From an uncultured Candidatus Saccharibacteria bacterium (GTDB taxonomy: Bacteria; Patescibacteriota; Minisyncoccia; UBA6257; GWB1-50-10): a DNA stretch of 64,000 nucleotides. A model generated the notes under the pieces. It was not told the origin of the DNA, ran no database searches, and saw only the letters and a program-made list of their open reading frames with translations. Of the stretch, positions 29,694 through 38,408 are shown piece after piece. The stretch is taken from NCBI GenBank assembly GCA_964365955.1, contig CAYISA010000001.1:18607-82606 (forward strand), in the 5' to 3' direction. The stretch's first letter is position 1, and each line of letters opens with the position of its first letter. The translations under genes and the position numbers were made by a program.

Positions 29694-29756
29694 CTCATCA
29701 GCTAATTTCAAACTAAATAACTGATGTACCACTAATTAAAGAAAGGGGCGTTTAAT

Positions 29757-32516
29757 ATGAAACGCTTTGTTGTTTTTCTTGCTGGTTTGTTTTTCCTTAC
29801 ATCCCTTGTCGCAACCGGCCAATCGTTTGTTCCGACGCAAGGACCGTACGGAAAAGATGTGTTTTCGATTGCTCGCGGAACTGGCGGCCGCATATTTGCA
29901 GGAGCGGAAGATAATCTGTACCGTTTCCGCGATACCGCATGGGCCAATGTTCTTGTTTACAATGACCTCCCGGTTATCTCCAACACCAAACCGATGGCAA
30001 GTTTGAACGGAGAAGTTATTGTTTATGCAAGTTCTCGGTTCATGTCGTATCGAACTTTATATGTGTCAAAAGATGGCGGTGCCACATGGAATACAGAATT
30101 CGCGAGCGGATTCCCGGACGGTCCCCCCCCTTTGACGTGCCTTGCGTTTAACATAGAAGGGCAACTATTTACAGGGACACTAAGACGAGCATTTGCCGAT
30201 ACTGCCGTTGGTGGCGGCATCTGGCGATCACTTGATACTGCGAAGACATGGGAACGAGTCCGTGATACTACAAGCGGTCTAGGGCTTGATACTATTTCCG
30301 TCTATTCACTTACGGTTCGTGGAAACACGATCTTTGTGGGTGCGCAAAGCGGGATCTTTCTCTCAACCGATGCCGGCGCTACCTGGACGCATCATTTTTC
30401 TGATGTGTTTCCGGGGCATATTTATTCCGTTGCGATTGATAGTTCCGGGGACCTCTTCTTGAGCACGGATTATAATTACGGCAACGGAGAAGATATCTAC
30501 CGTTCCACCGACAACGGGACAACCTGGACGGGAATGGGACTAGGCGCTCACACGACCGTGCTTGCCGTGCATCCAAATGGCACTGTTTTTGGCGGTTCGC
30601 GTGAAAACCTCGGCGTTCTTCGATCCACAAACAATGGCATCACATGGGACGCCTCAAATCCGGCTATCGGGAACACCGCCGCAGGTGTACCAAAAATTGC
30701 ATCCATCGAATTCGGCGAGGACGGCAGTGTCTATGTAGGCGCTTTGCTCGATGGAGTATTCCGCTCAACGGATAATGGAACGACATGGAAACAGATAGGA
30801 ATTCCGGCGCAAACCTCTATGGTGGCGATTCCGGACACAGTTGCTCCGCCTCCTCTGATAAGCAAGCTTTTTACGGAATCGGTCTATCTTGATTCCGTTC
30901 CAAGCGCACTTCTTGCAGTCGCAAAAGGGTATCCCTATCAATCTGTCGATGGTGTTCGCTGGGAACGGTTTGAACTTCCTGGTTTCTCTGGATTTGTACA
31001 AACCGCAATCGTTTCACCAGGAAATTCATTTATGGCAACTCTTGGTGGAGGCATTTTCCGGTCACTGGATGGCGGATACACATGGGAACGATTAATATCT
31101 TTCCCAGCGCCAACTCAAAGAATTTATGCCATGGCAATGAGTCATGGGAATAAATTATTTGCAAGCGGTGATTTTGCTGAAGGATTGTATCGTTCTAGTG
31201 ATTTTGGAAATACGTGGGAACAGGTTTATCCATTAGTTGGATTAATTACTTCACTTGCTACGTCCCCACTCAATGATTCTTTAATCTTCGCTGGGGCGGA
31301 TGGAGTTCATCGAAGTACCGATGGTGGAACTTCGTGGGAACTGACTGGCCTTTCGGGCATCGGAATCACATCGCTCTCGGTTGACGCGGGTGGCATGGTC
31401 TACGCCGGAAATCAGGATGGCATCTATCGCTCAACCAACAACGGTACTACCTGGGAACCCCCAAGTGCGGAGTCGAGAGCACTGCGCGGAGTTCAAGGTG
31501 TAGGACCGACGAACGTGCTCTCGATTGCAAGCAAACACGTAAGTGTCTTTGCGGGAACCGAAACGTCGGGACTATATCTTTCCACGGATCAGGGAACTGG
31601 ATGGGAACCGATTAATGCGGGGCTCACCAGTTCCAAAATCCCTTCCGTTACGATCACGCGACGCGGTTATGTTTTTGCCGCAACTGACAAAGGCGTTTTC
31701 CGTTCTCTGTCACCGATTGCGGTAGCAGAGTACACATACGCGCTAACGGACGGATGGAATATGGTTTCACTTCCCGTGCGTCCAGACGATTCCCGGAAGA
31801 CATCGGTCTTCCCGTCGGCACAGTCCAAAGCGTTTGCCTATGACGGCGGTTATAACACCGAAGACGTTATGCAACGTGGCTCCGGCTATTGGGTAAAACA
31901 TCCAAGCGCAGGCATTGCTATATTAGGCACTCCGGTGGAACGTGAAACGGTGAGCGTAAGACAGGGCTGGAACATGATCGGCTCAATTACATCGCCTGTT
32001 CCCGTTGCAACCATCGGAAGCATCCCCGGTGGACTCGTCGTCTCGAATTTCTATGGGTGGAAGGGTGTCTCTCAAGTCTACGACACAGCAGACACCATCG
32101 GCCCCGGAAAAGCGTACTGGGTTAGAGCGTCGGCAAACGGCAAGTTGATACTTGCAAAAACGCCAGCAGCACAACCCTTCGCAATCGTGATTGTGCCCAC
32201 AGACGAAGCTCCGCCGCCACCTCCGGGATATAACGGAAAAGATATTCCAAAGAGCTTCATGCTTTATGGAAACTATCCAAATCCTTGGAACCCAACAACG
32301 GTGATCAAATTTGATCTCCCAGAAAATGCATCCGTGACTTTAAAAGTCTGGAATGTGTTGGGACAGGAAGTTCTGAAGGTGATGGACCATGTTCCGTATG
32401 AAGCGGGTCGCTATGAAATCACACTTCATTCCGACGAGCTGCCGAGTGGCATCTATTTCTACACGCTTCAGGCGGGAAATCATCTTGCAACCAAAAAGAT
32501 GATCCTTCTGAAGTAA
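29757..32516 (+). CDS. BNR/Asp-box repeat beta-propeller protein with T9SS-type C-terminal sorting domain
   Basis: Signal peptide MKRFVVFLAGLFFLTSLVATG. At least 10 S-x-D-x-G-x-T-W boxes (SKDGGATW, STDAGATW, STDNGTTW, STDGGTSW, STNNGTTW, STDQGTGW and others). C-terminus NYPNPWNPTTVIKFDLP..VTLKVWNVLGQEV..SGIYFYTLQAG..KKMILLK. Confidence 0.85.
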   Translation: MKRFVVFLAGLFFLTSLVATGQSFVPTQGPYGKDVFSIARGTGGRIFAGAEDNLYRFRDTAWANVLVYNDLPVISNTKPMASLNGEVIVYASSRFMSYRTLYVSKDGGATWNTEFASGFPDGPPPLTCLAFNIEGQLFTGTLRRAFADTAVGGGIWRSLDTAKTWERVRDTTSGLGLDTISVYSLTVRGNTIFVGAQSGIFLSTDAGATWTHHFSDVFPGHIYSVAIDSSGDLFLSTDYNYGNGEDIYRSTDNGTTWTGMGLGAHTTVLAVHPNGTVFGGSRENLGVLRSTNNGITWDASNPAIGNTAAGVPKIASIEFGEDGSVYVGALLDGVFRSTDNGTTWKQIGIPAQTSMVAIPDTVAPPPLISKLFTESVYLDSVPSALLAVAKGYPYQSVDGVRWERFELPGFSGFVQTAIVSPGNSFMATLGGGIFRSLDGGYTWERLISFPAPTQRIYAMAMSHGNKLFASGDFAEGLYRSSDFGNTWEQVYPLVGLITSLATSPLNDSLIFAGADGVHRSTDGGTSWELTGLSGIGITSLSVDAGGMVYAGNQDGIYRSTNNGTTWEPPSAESRALRGVQGVGPTNVLSIASKHVSVFAGTETSGLYLSTDQGTGWEPINAGLTSSKIPSVTITRRGYVFAATDKGVFRSLSPIAVAEYTYALTDGWNMVSLPVRPDDSRKTSVFPSAQSKAFAYDGGYNTEDVMQRGSGYWVKHPSAGIAILGTPVERETVSVRQGWNMIGSITSPVPVATIGSIPGGLVVSNFYGWKGVSQVYDTADTIGPGKAYWVRASANGKLILAKTPAAQPFAIVIVPTDEAPPPPPGYNGKDIPKSFMLYGNYPNPWNPTTVIKFDLPENASVTLKVWNVLGQEVLKVMDHVPYEAGRYEITLHSDELPSGIYFYTLQAGNHLATKKMILLK

Positions 32517-32528
32517 GTGTTCGGATTC

Positions 32529-32562
32529 AAAACCCCCGCGCTTTTTGCGGGGGTTTTTATTT
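32529..32562. terminator. Bidirectional rho-independent terminator
   Basis: AAAACCCCCGC / GCGGGGGTTTT stem with flanking A and T runs. It closes both the + strand gene and the minus-strand tRNA cluster. Confidence 0.6.
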
Positions 32563-32563
32563 T

Positions 32564-32591
32564 TGGTGGACCCATGGAGAATCGAGCTCCA
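32564..32591 (-). other. Orphan tRNA 3' half (T-arm, acceptor 3' strand, ACCA) resembling the 3' end of the upstream tRNA-Ala
   Basis: The minus strand reads TGGAG-CTCGATT-CTCCA-TGGGTCC-A-CCA. tRNA-Ala ends GCGAG-TTCGATT-CTCGC-TAGGTCC-A. No matching 5' half was found. Confidence 0.5.
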
Positions 32592-32622
32592 GCCTCGGCA
32601 ACTTGCCCGCCCACCATTCTTG

Positions 32623-32693
32623 TGGACCTAGCGAGAATCGAACTCGCGTCTCCACAATGCGAATGTGGCGTCTTGCCACTGGACCATAGGCCC
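32623..32693 (-). tRNA. tRNA-Ala (anticodon CGC)
   Basis: Manual cloverleaf: acceptor GGGCCTA/TAGGTCC with G3:U70, anticodon loop TTCGCAT, T-arm GCGAG-TTCGATT-CTCGC, discriminator A. No encoded CCA. Confidence 0.8.
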
Positions 32694-32781
32694 GATAAAC
32701 AAGCTTATGGTGGGCGGGTAAAAATGCCGCGTAATACCACTTTACTATGGGCCCCAAAATCAATTTTCAAAATGTCTGAAT

Positions 32782-32901
32782 TGGTCGGGCTGCTGGGAAT
32801 CTTTCTCCCCCGTCACTATCGCTCCTCTTCCGAAACCCGCCACACCCGCTTTCTTCGTGCCCCGCACGCGCGGCCGTCGGCTTCGATTTCCATCTCCCAA
32901 A
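32782..32901 (-). ncRNA. tRNA-linked conserved structured element, copy E3 (unassigned family)
   Basis: Collinear conserved blocks shared with 42300-42411 and 43964-44071: TGG(G)AAWTYGAAG, a GC hairpin, GGTTTCGRAG(A)GGAG and GACGGGGGAGAAA. Ends in GATTCCCAGCAGCCCGACCA, a 1-mismatch copy of the tRNA-Pro 3' strand plus CCA. Confidence 0.5.
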
Positions 32902-32955
32902 CAAAAGTATACCTTCTAATGGAATTTATTTGCAAACAACAAGCGCTTAAACCGG

Positions 32956-33026
32956 TCGGGCTGCCGGGAATCGAACCCGGTCTACACGCACCCGAAGCGT
33001 GCGTACTACCGGCATACTCCAGCCCG
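32956..33026 (-). tRNA. tRNA-Pro (anticodon CGG)
   Basis: Acceptor CGGGCTG/CAGCCCG, D-stem GTAT/GTAC, anticodon stem CACGC/GCGTG with loop TTCGGGT (G37), T-arm CCGGG-TTCGATT-CCCGG. Position 8 is G. No encoded CCA. Confidence 0.75.
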
Positions 33027-33072
33027 AAACGTTCTTCACTATACCCGAAGTCATTCTACTCGTAAAGAGAAT

Positions 33073-34563
33073 TTACTGCACGTGGTGCTTTGCCTTCATT
33101 TTTTCTTCAATACCGGTTTCAAATTCTTCTTTCGTCCCGCGCGCTTTTTTTGATAAGTCGTGAAGCCTGCTTTCGGTCATCTCCCCCAGTTCCTTCGATC
33201 GCGTACTCAAATATGCCTCCGCATTCCGTTCGGGATCTTCCAAAACCTCTTCGAGTAAAATCGAGAGGATCTGACCGATTTTCGGTCCCGCGGGAATTTT
33301 CAAAAGTTCCATCAATCCATCCCCCTTCAGTCTTAACATCTTCGGATGAATCGGATCGCGACGCACCTTATCGATCATGAACTGCAGGTGGCGCAGTTTA
33401 TATGGAAATGCCTTAGGAACACCCGAACCGATCCGGTCCGCTTCGCGCACCTTCAGCAAATCATCCACATTTTCCATTCCCACGCGGCTTAAAAATCGTC
33501 GCACGCCGGTTTCCGTAACTTCACCCACGTTGTAATAAAAAAGATGACAGCGTACCAAATGTGCAACGCGTTCAATAATGTCCTTCGAAAATCGTAGACG
33601 ATCTAGAATTTTCAGAGTCATTTTTGCCCCCACAACTTCATGATTATAAAATGTGGAATCATGGCCATCCCCTGCCTTTGTGCGCGGTTTTCCCACGTCA
33701 TGTAAAAGCGAAGCGAGACGCACTTCCAGCGAATACCCCTTTTCAACCGCGTAATTCAGCGCCCGCACATTGTGATCAAAAACGGTAAAGATGTGATGTT
33801 TGTTTTGCCCGCACCCAATTCCTTCGCGAAGTTCGGGAATGATGAATTTCAGAAGCCCTGTATCTTCTAGCATCACAATTCCGTCCGCCGCGCGATCCGT
33901 CATCAATAGTTTTGTTAATTCATCGCGGATACGTTCTTGCGAAATAAGTCCCAGCGCGCCGGAACGCTCCCGGATCGCTTTATAAGTTTCCGGCTCAACC
34001 ACAAACCCCAGATCTGACGAAAATCGCACTGCCCGCAAAAGACGCAGAGCGTCTTCCTCAAAGCGCCGGTGCGGTTCACCCACCGCGCGGATAATTTTAT
34101 TTCCGATATCCGCGACCCCTCCATACGGATCGATGAGTGCAGAGGCGTCTTTTTGAAACGAGAGCGCCAGCGCGTTCACGGTAAAATCGCGGCGCGCCAG
34201 ATCGTCTTCTACGGTTGCGGCAAATTTTACTTCGTCGGGGTGTCGCTTGTCCGAATAGGTTCCTTCAATCCGATACGTCGTGACTTCTACTACTTTCAGT
34301 CGCGGATCCTCGGATTCGGTTTTTACACCCACCGTTCCGAAGATATTTTCATAGACGCTCTCCGGAAAGAGTTTTTGAATCTCATCGGGCTTTGCGTTCG
34401 TCGTGATATCCCAGTCCTTCGGTTCCCGTTTCAGAATAAGATCACGAACACACCCGCCAACCAAAAACGCCTCAAACCCCGCCTGGATAAGCGTCTCGGC
34501 AACATGAACAACCCCTTTGGGAATGGATCCATACGTCATAGGTTGTTTTAATTGTAATTTCAT
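33073..34563 (-). CDS. cca: CCA-adding tRNA nucleotidyltransferase (PolyA-pol family with HD domain)
   Basis: N-terminus LVGGCVRDLIL..KDWDITT, a head domain, and an HD motif LLHDVGK. Confidence 0.85.
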   Translation of the reverse strand: MKLQLKQPMTYGSIPKGVVHVAETLIQAGFEAFLVGGCVRDLILKREPKDWDITTNAKPDEIQKLFPESVYENIFGTVGVKTESEDPRLKVVEVTTYRIEGTYSDKRHPDEVKFAATVEDDLARRDFTVNALALSFQKDASALIDPYGGVADIGNKIIRAVGEPHRRFEEDALRLLRAVRFSSDLGFVVEPETYKAIRERSGALGLISQERIRDELTKLLMTDRAADGIVMLEDTGLLKFIIPELREGIGCGQNKHHIFTVFDHNVRALNYAVEKGYSLEVRLASLLHDVGKPRTKAGDGHDSTFYNHEVVGAKMTLKILDRLRFSKDIIERVAHLVRCHLFYYNVGEVTETGVRRFLSRVGMENVDDLLKVREADRIGSGVPKAFPYKLRHLQFMIDKVRRDPIHPKMLRLKGDGLMELLKIPAGPKIGQILSILLEEVLEDPERNAEAYLSTRSKELGEMTESRLHDLSKKARGTKEEFETGIEEKMKAKHHVQ

Positions 34564-34633
34564 TTGACACGATTTTCAACGCGATGTAGACTTTTTCTAG
34601 TACTTTAATCAACTAGAAAAGGGGTATTTTACT

Positions 34634-35017
34634 ATGGCATTTCCCTCTAAAGAGACGGGCGCGTTGCTCACGAAAATCATCGAGTTCCAAGAAACGACCC
34701 TGCCCCAAAGCGAAAAACTTGCGGAAGACCTGGGGTCTTTGCTCCAAGAAATTTTGAAAAGCGCTGATGAATCTAACAAACAGATGGAAAATCTGGAAAA
34801 AGTAAACGGGGACTTAGAGAAAAAAGTCCAAGAATTACAAAATACATTGGTGGATCCGAAAGAGATCCAGAACGAAGCGATTCAGATCATTCTGCGGCGC
34901 ATTCTCGATAGCGAACCTGACGCAACACTGCGCCCGAAACTTGAGCGACTGATTGAAATCACACTGCACGAACGTATCTACCTCACTCCCGACCAGATCG
35001 CGCTCAAGATTTCTTAA
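34634..35017 (+). CDS. Hypothetical coiled-coil protein
   Basis: 127-aa ORF rich in E/K/L heptads, followed by a terminator. Confidence 0.45.
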   Translation: MAFPSKETGALLTKIIEFQETTLPQSEKLAEDLGSLLQEILKSADESNKQMENLEKVNGDLEKKVQELQNTLVDPKEIQNEAIQIILRRILDSEPDATLRPKLERLIEITLHERIYLTPDQIALKIS

Positions 35018-35025
35018 GCTCATAT

Positions 35026-35056
35026 GCCGTCTTTATAAAAGGCGGCTTTTTATTTT
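35026..35056 (+). terminator. Rho-independent terminator
   Basis: GCCGTC / GGCGGC stem followed by TTTTTATTTT. Confidence 0.5.
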
Positions 35057-35083
35057 GAAATGTCTGCGGTACACTAAAATTAT

Positions 35084-35158
35084 GCCCCTGTGGTGAAAAG
35101 GATATCACGACTGGCTTCGAACCAGTTGTTGGGGGTTCGAATCCCTCCGGGGGCACCA
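35084..35158 (+). tRNA. tRNA-Arg (anticodon TCG), CCA encoded
   Basis: Acceptor GCCCCTG/CGGGGGC, D-arm GTGA-AAAGGATA-TCAC, anticodon arm ACTGG-CTTCGAA-CCAGT, T-arm GGGGG-TTCGAAT-CCCTC, then ACCA. Confidence 0.8.
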
Positions 35159-35165
35159 CGACATT

Positions 35166-35489
35166 ATGCAGTGGATTTTACCTCTTTTAATTCTTATCAT
35201 CTTTGAAGCCATCGCGGATGTACTGGCGAAAGAATGGTCGCTACACGGTCTTTGGATCCGCGCAACGGGCGCCCTTCTTGCTTATCTTTTAGCAAACACT
35301 TTCTGGCTCTTTGCGCTCAAGAACGGATCCGGGCTCGGACGAGGCGTGATCATTTTTTCCGTAGTTTCTGCGATTCTTGCGGTCTTCATCGGTTTCGTAT
35401 TTTATAAGGAAAATCTTACCACGCTTCAGATTGTCGGCGTTCTCGTCGGCATCATCTCTATTGTGCTTATTTTTTGGGACTCATCGTAG
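35166..35489 (+). CDS. Small four-helix membrane transporter (SMR/EamA-like)
   Basis: 107 aa with four TM helices and a membrane-embedded Glu in helix 1 (LILIIFEAIADVLAK). Confidence 0.5.
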   Translation: MQWILPLLILIIFEAIADVLAKEWSLHGLWIRATGALLAYLLANTFWLFALKNGSGLGRGVIIFSVVSAILAVFIGFVFYKENLTTLQIVGVLVGIISIVLIFWDSS

Positions 35490-35538
35490 GTTCTTCCCAA
35501 AAATTCGGAAGTGCGGTATATATGTATAGATCAACGTA

Positions 35539-35611
35539 CCGCCTGTAGCTCAATTGGCAGAGCAGCTCCCTCTTAAGGAGACGGTTGAAGGTTCAAGTCC
35601 TTCCAGGCGGA
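35539..35611 (+). tRNA. tRNA-Lys (anticodon CTT)
   Basis: Acceptor CCGCCTG/CAGGCGG, TAGCTCAATTGGCAGAGC D-arm, anticodon loop CTCTTAA, T-arm GAAGG-TTCAAGT-CCTTC. No encoded CCA. Confidence 0.8.
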
Positions 35612-35640
35612 CAAAAAAATAGCGCCGTGACGGGCGCTAT
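35612..35640 (-). terminator. Rho-independent terminator for the minus-strand small ORF
   Basis: ATAGCGCC / GGCGCTAT stem followed on the minus strand by T7. Confidence 0.5.
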
Positions 35641-35825
35641 AAGCGTAGATTCGGAAAGAAATGAAGCTACCCACCAAACTAAGATTTTTTTGACTTCAAC
35701 AGTTTCTGTTCCATCTTTTGAAGCTCGGCAAGCTGACGTTTTTTCTTGGGCGTAAGAATCACTCCTTTGATGGGGCTGATAAGAATCCCGTCAAAAAATT
35801 CAGTCAGTTTTTGAAGCACTTCGCC

Positions 35826-36041
35826 CTAGAAATCGAGTCTTTTTTTCTGCGATTGAATTCTTTTTTCGATTTTTGATGCCTTTAATTTATTTCCCCGAAC
35901 TCCCACGATATGACATGACTTCCCGCACTTAGCACAAGAAAAGTTAAAAGTGCAGATCTCTTTGCTACCAGGAAAATCAGGTATGCCATGCGTTTTTACC
36001 TTAGCATGACAACATTTCGATCTGTAATTCTGCTCGAACAT
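35826..36041 (-). CDS. Small C4 zinc-ribbon protein (71 aa), followed by an in-frame TAG and 48 further sense codons
   Basis: CC..C..C pattern (SKCCHAK...FSCAKCGKSCH). After TAG 35828-35826 the frame stays open (GEVLQKLTEFFDGIL..KKKRQLAELQKMEQKLLKSKKS) to TAG 35681-35679, just before the terminator. Confidence 0.4.
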   Translation of the reverse strand: MFEQNYRSKCCHAKVKTHGIPDFPGSKEICTFNFSCAKCGKSCHIVGVRGNKLKASKIEKRIQSQKKRLDF

Positions 36042-36146
36042 TTCATCTTCTCCATTTTTTTGAAAAGGCTAACTCCAGTATCACTCTTTTGCGGGTCATG
36101 TCAAACGGTCGAAAAATACCGAAAAATCTGGTATACTGGTGCGCGC

Positions 36147-38336
36147 ATGAAGGGAAATCACGAACTCTTGACGCCTCTTTCGGAAATCCATGGAATCGGC
36201 GCGCGGTTTCTTGAGAAACTCGCACGCTTGCATATCTATACCGTGAAAGATCTTCTGTGGCACTTCCCCACCCGCTACGAAGATTTCAGAACAATTTATA
36301 AAATTGCGGATCTTATTCCAAATCAGGAGGCAACCATTCAAGGAGTTGTGGAAAAGATAAAAAGCCGGCATACCTGGCGCCGGAATCTATTCCTAATGGA
36401 AGCGGACATTTCGGATGATACTGGCACCATCCGCGCCCTATGGTTTAACCAACCCTATATCCAAAATGTTCTTCAGCCGGGAAAACAGGCTAATTTTTCC
36501 GGGAAAGTGGTTCTTTCGCGAAAAGAGAGTGATCTGTATCTTTCAAACCCAACCTATGAAGTGTTGCGCTCCGGACATTCCTCTTTCGACGAAACAGGAG
36601 CACCCATTGAGACACCCACGGAAACACGTCACACCGCGCGCATTGTGCCAATCTACCCCGAAACACGCGGGTTCACTTCCAAAGGACTACGGTACCTTAT
36701 CAAACCGATTTTAGATAATCTTCCTGAGATTCCCGAAACCATTCCGGAAGAAGTACTTAAAGGAGAAAACTTTCCAACTGTCTCGAACGCTCTCCAAAAT
36801 GTCCATTTCCCCGAAACTCTCGAGGATGCGATTGCCGCAAAACGCCGCTTTGCGTTTGAAGATCTTTTTCTTTTGCAGCTGTGGAGTGTCCGCGAGCGGC
36901 TAAAATTCGCTAAAGAACGTGCGCCGCAAATTCATGTCGATATTGCCGTTATTAAAAACTATATCGCCGCGCTTCCGTTTGCACTGACCAAGTCCCAAAA
37001 AAAAACGTTGTGGGAAATTATGCAGGATTTAGGGCGCCCCCACCCCATGAACCGGCTTCTCCAGGGCGATGTGGGATCCGGAAAAACCATCGTAGCGGCG
37101 ATCGCGGCGCTTGAAACTGCCCACACGGAGTACCAGACGGCGTTTATGGCGCCTACCGAACTCTTGGCTCGCCAGCACTATAAAACGTTTCAGAAATTTT
37201 TCCGCGATTTTGACGGCGGCATCGCACTCCTGACCTCCAGCGAAGCTAAGATGCAGTACGGTCATCAACTGGAGAGCGAGATGCGGAAAGCGGCGCTACT
37301 TGACCATATCGAACAGAATAAAATTAAAATTGTGATTGGAACTCACGCGTTGATTCAAAAAACAGTCACATTTCCGAAACTTGGGTTGGTAGTGGTAGAC
37401 GAACAGCACCGCTTCGGAGTCCGCCAACGGGATGTGCTTTTAAAGCATAACCTCGGGAACAAAAAAGAACATCCTCCCATCCCGCATTTTCTTAGTATGA
37501 GCGCGACGCCGATCCCCCGAACACTCAACCTTACGCTTTTCGGCGATCTGGATCTTTCGCTGATTACGGAACTTCCAAAAGACCGGAAGCCGATTCTTAC
37601 CAAAGTGGTTCCTCCCAAAGACCGAACCAAAGCATATGCGTTTATCCGCAGTGAGATCAAAAAGAGCCGGCAGGTATTCGTCATCTGTCCCAGAATTGAA
37701 GTAGCCGCAGAGAATCCGTCCGCTTTCGGGAACGTAAATCCATTGCAAGAAATAAGAGCCGTGAAAGAAGAGTATAAGAAATTATCAGAAAAGATATTCC
37801 CCGATCTCCGCGTCGCCATGCTCCACGGTAGAATGAGACCGAAAGAAAAAGAGAAAACAATGCGGGAATTTTCCGAAGGGAAAAAAGATATCTTGGTTGC
37901 GACGTCAGTCATTGAAGTCGGCATCGATATTCCAAATGCCACCATCATGATAATCGAGGGCTCCGAACGATTCGGCCTAGCACAACTGTATCAGTTCCGC
38001 GGGCGCGTGGGACGGGGAGAACATCAGTCCTACTGCCTGCTTTTTACCGATGCATCGGGCACCCAAATAAAAGCGCGCCTCAAGGCGATCGTGGAGGCAA
38101 AAAACGGATTCGAGCTTGCGGAATATGACCTGAAAATGCGCGGACCCGGCGAGTTTTTGGGAGAGTCGCAAACCGGGATGCCGGACTTGGCAATGAAAGC
38201 CATACAGAATCCCGATCTGGTACAACATGCCCGCGAAGCCGCTACCAAACTTCTTGCAAAAGACCCGAACTTGAAAATATATCCGCTGCTTGCCGAACGC
38301 CTTGCAGAGTTTCAAAAAAATATGCACGGGGAATGA
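36147..38336 (+). CDS. recG: ATP-dependent DNA helicase RecG
   Basis: Wedge domain, then helicase motifs: GDVGSGKT, DEQHRFG, SATPIPRT and the TRG motif QLYQFRGRVGRG. Start moved to ATG 36147 (MKGNHELLTPL), preceded by TATACT. Confidence 0.9.
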   Translation: MKGNHELLTPLSEIHGIGARFLEKLARLHIYTVKDLLWHFPTRYEDFRTIYKIADLIPNQEATIQGVVEKIKSRHTWRRNLFLMEADISDDTGTIRALWFNQPYIQNVLQPGKQANFSGKVVLSRKESDLYLSNPTYEVLRSGHSSFDETGAPIETPTETRHTARIVPIYPETRGFTSKGLRYLIKPILDNLPEIPETIPEEVLKGENFPTVSNALQNVHFPETLEDAIAAKRRFAFEDLFLLQLWSVRERLKFAKERAPQIHVDIAVIKNYIAALPFALTKSQKKTLWEIMQDLGRPHPMNRLLQGDVGSGKTIVAAIAALETAHTEYQTAFMAPTELLARQHYKTFQKFFRDFDGGIALLTSSEAKMQYGHQLESEMRKAALLDHIEQNKIKIVIGTHALIQKTVTFPKLGLVVVDEQHRFGVRQRDVLLKHNLGNKKEHPPIPHFLSMSATPIPRTLNLTLFGDLDLSLITELPKDRKPILTKVVPPKDRTKAYAFIRSEIKKSRQVFVICPRIEVAAENPSAFGNVNPLQEIRAVKEEYKKLSEKIFPDLRVAMLHGRMRPKEKEKTMREFSEGKKDILVATSVIEVGIDIPNATIMIIEGSERFGLAQLYQFRGRVGRGEHQSYCLLFTDASGTQIKARLKAIVEAKNGFELAEYDLKMRGPGEFLGESQTGMPDLAMKAIQNPDLVQHAREAATKLLAKDPNLKIYPLLAERLAEFQKNMHGE

Positions 38337-38408
38337 AGCGGTTTGCGTGCGAAAAACATATTGATATATAATCCGATTAGCACATTCCAAGAACTATAAG
38401 GAGTTTTT

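Noticed and set aside
32517-33065. 182-aa + strand ORF spanning the region after the BNR gene
   Set aside because: It is completely covered by minus-strand tRNA-Ala, tRNA-Pro, element E3 and the terminator. The translation is low-complexity and has no start context.
35612-35640. Hairpin after tRNA-Lys considered as the tRNA-Lys terminator
   Set aside because: The T-run is on the minus-strand side (A7 on the + strand precedes the stem), so it fits better as the terminator of the minus-strand zinc-ribbon ORF.
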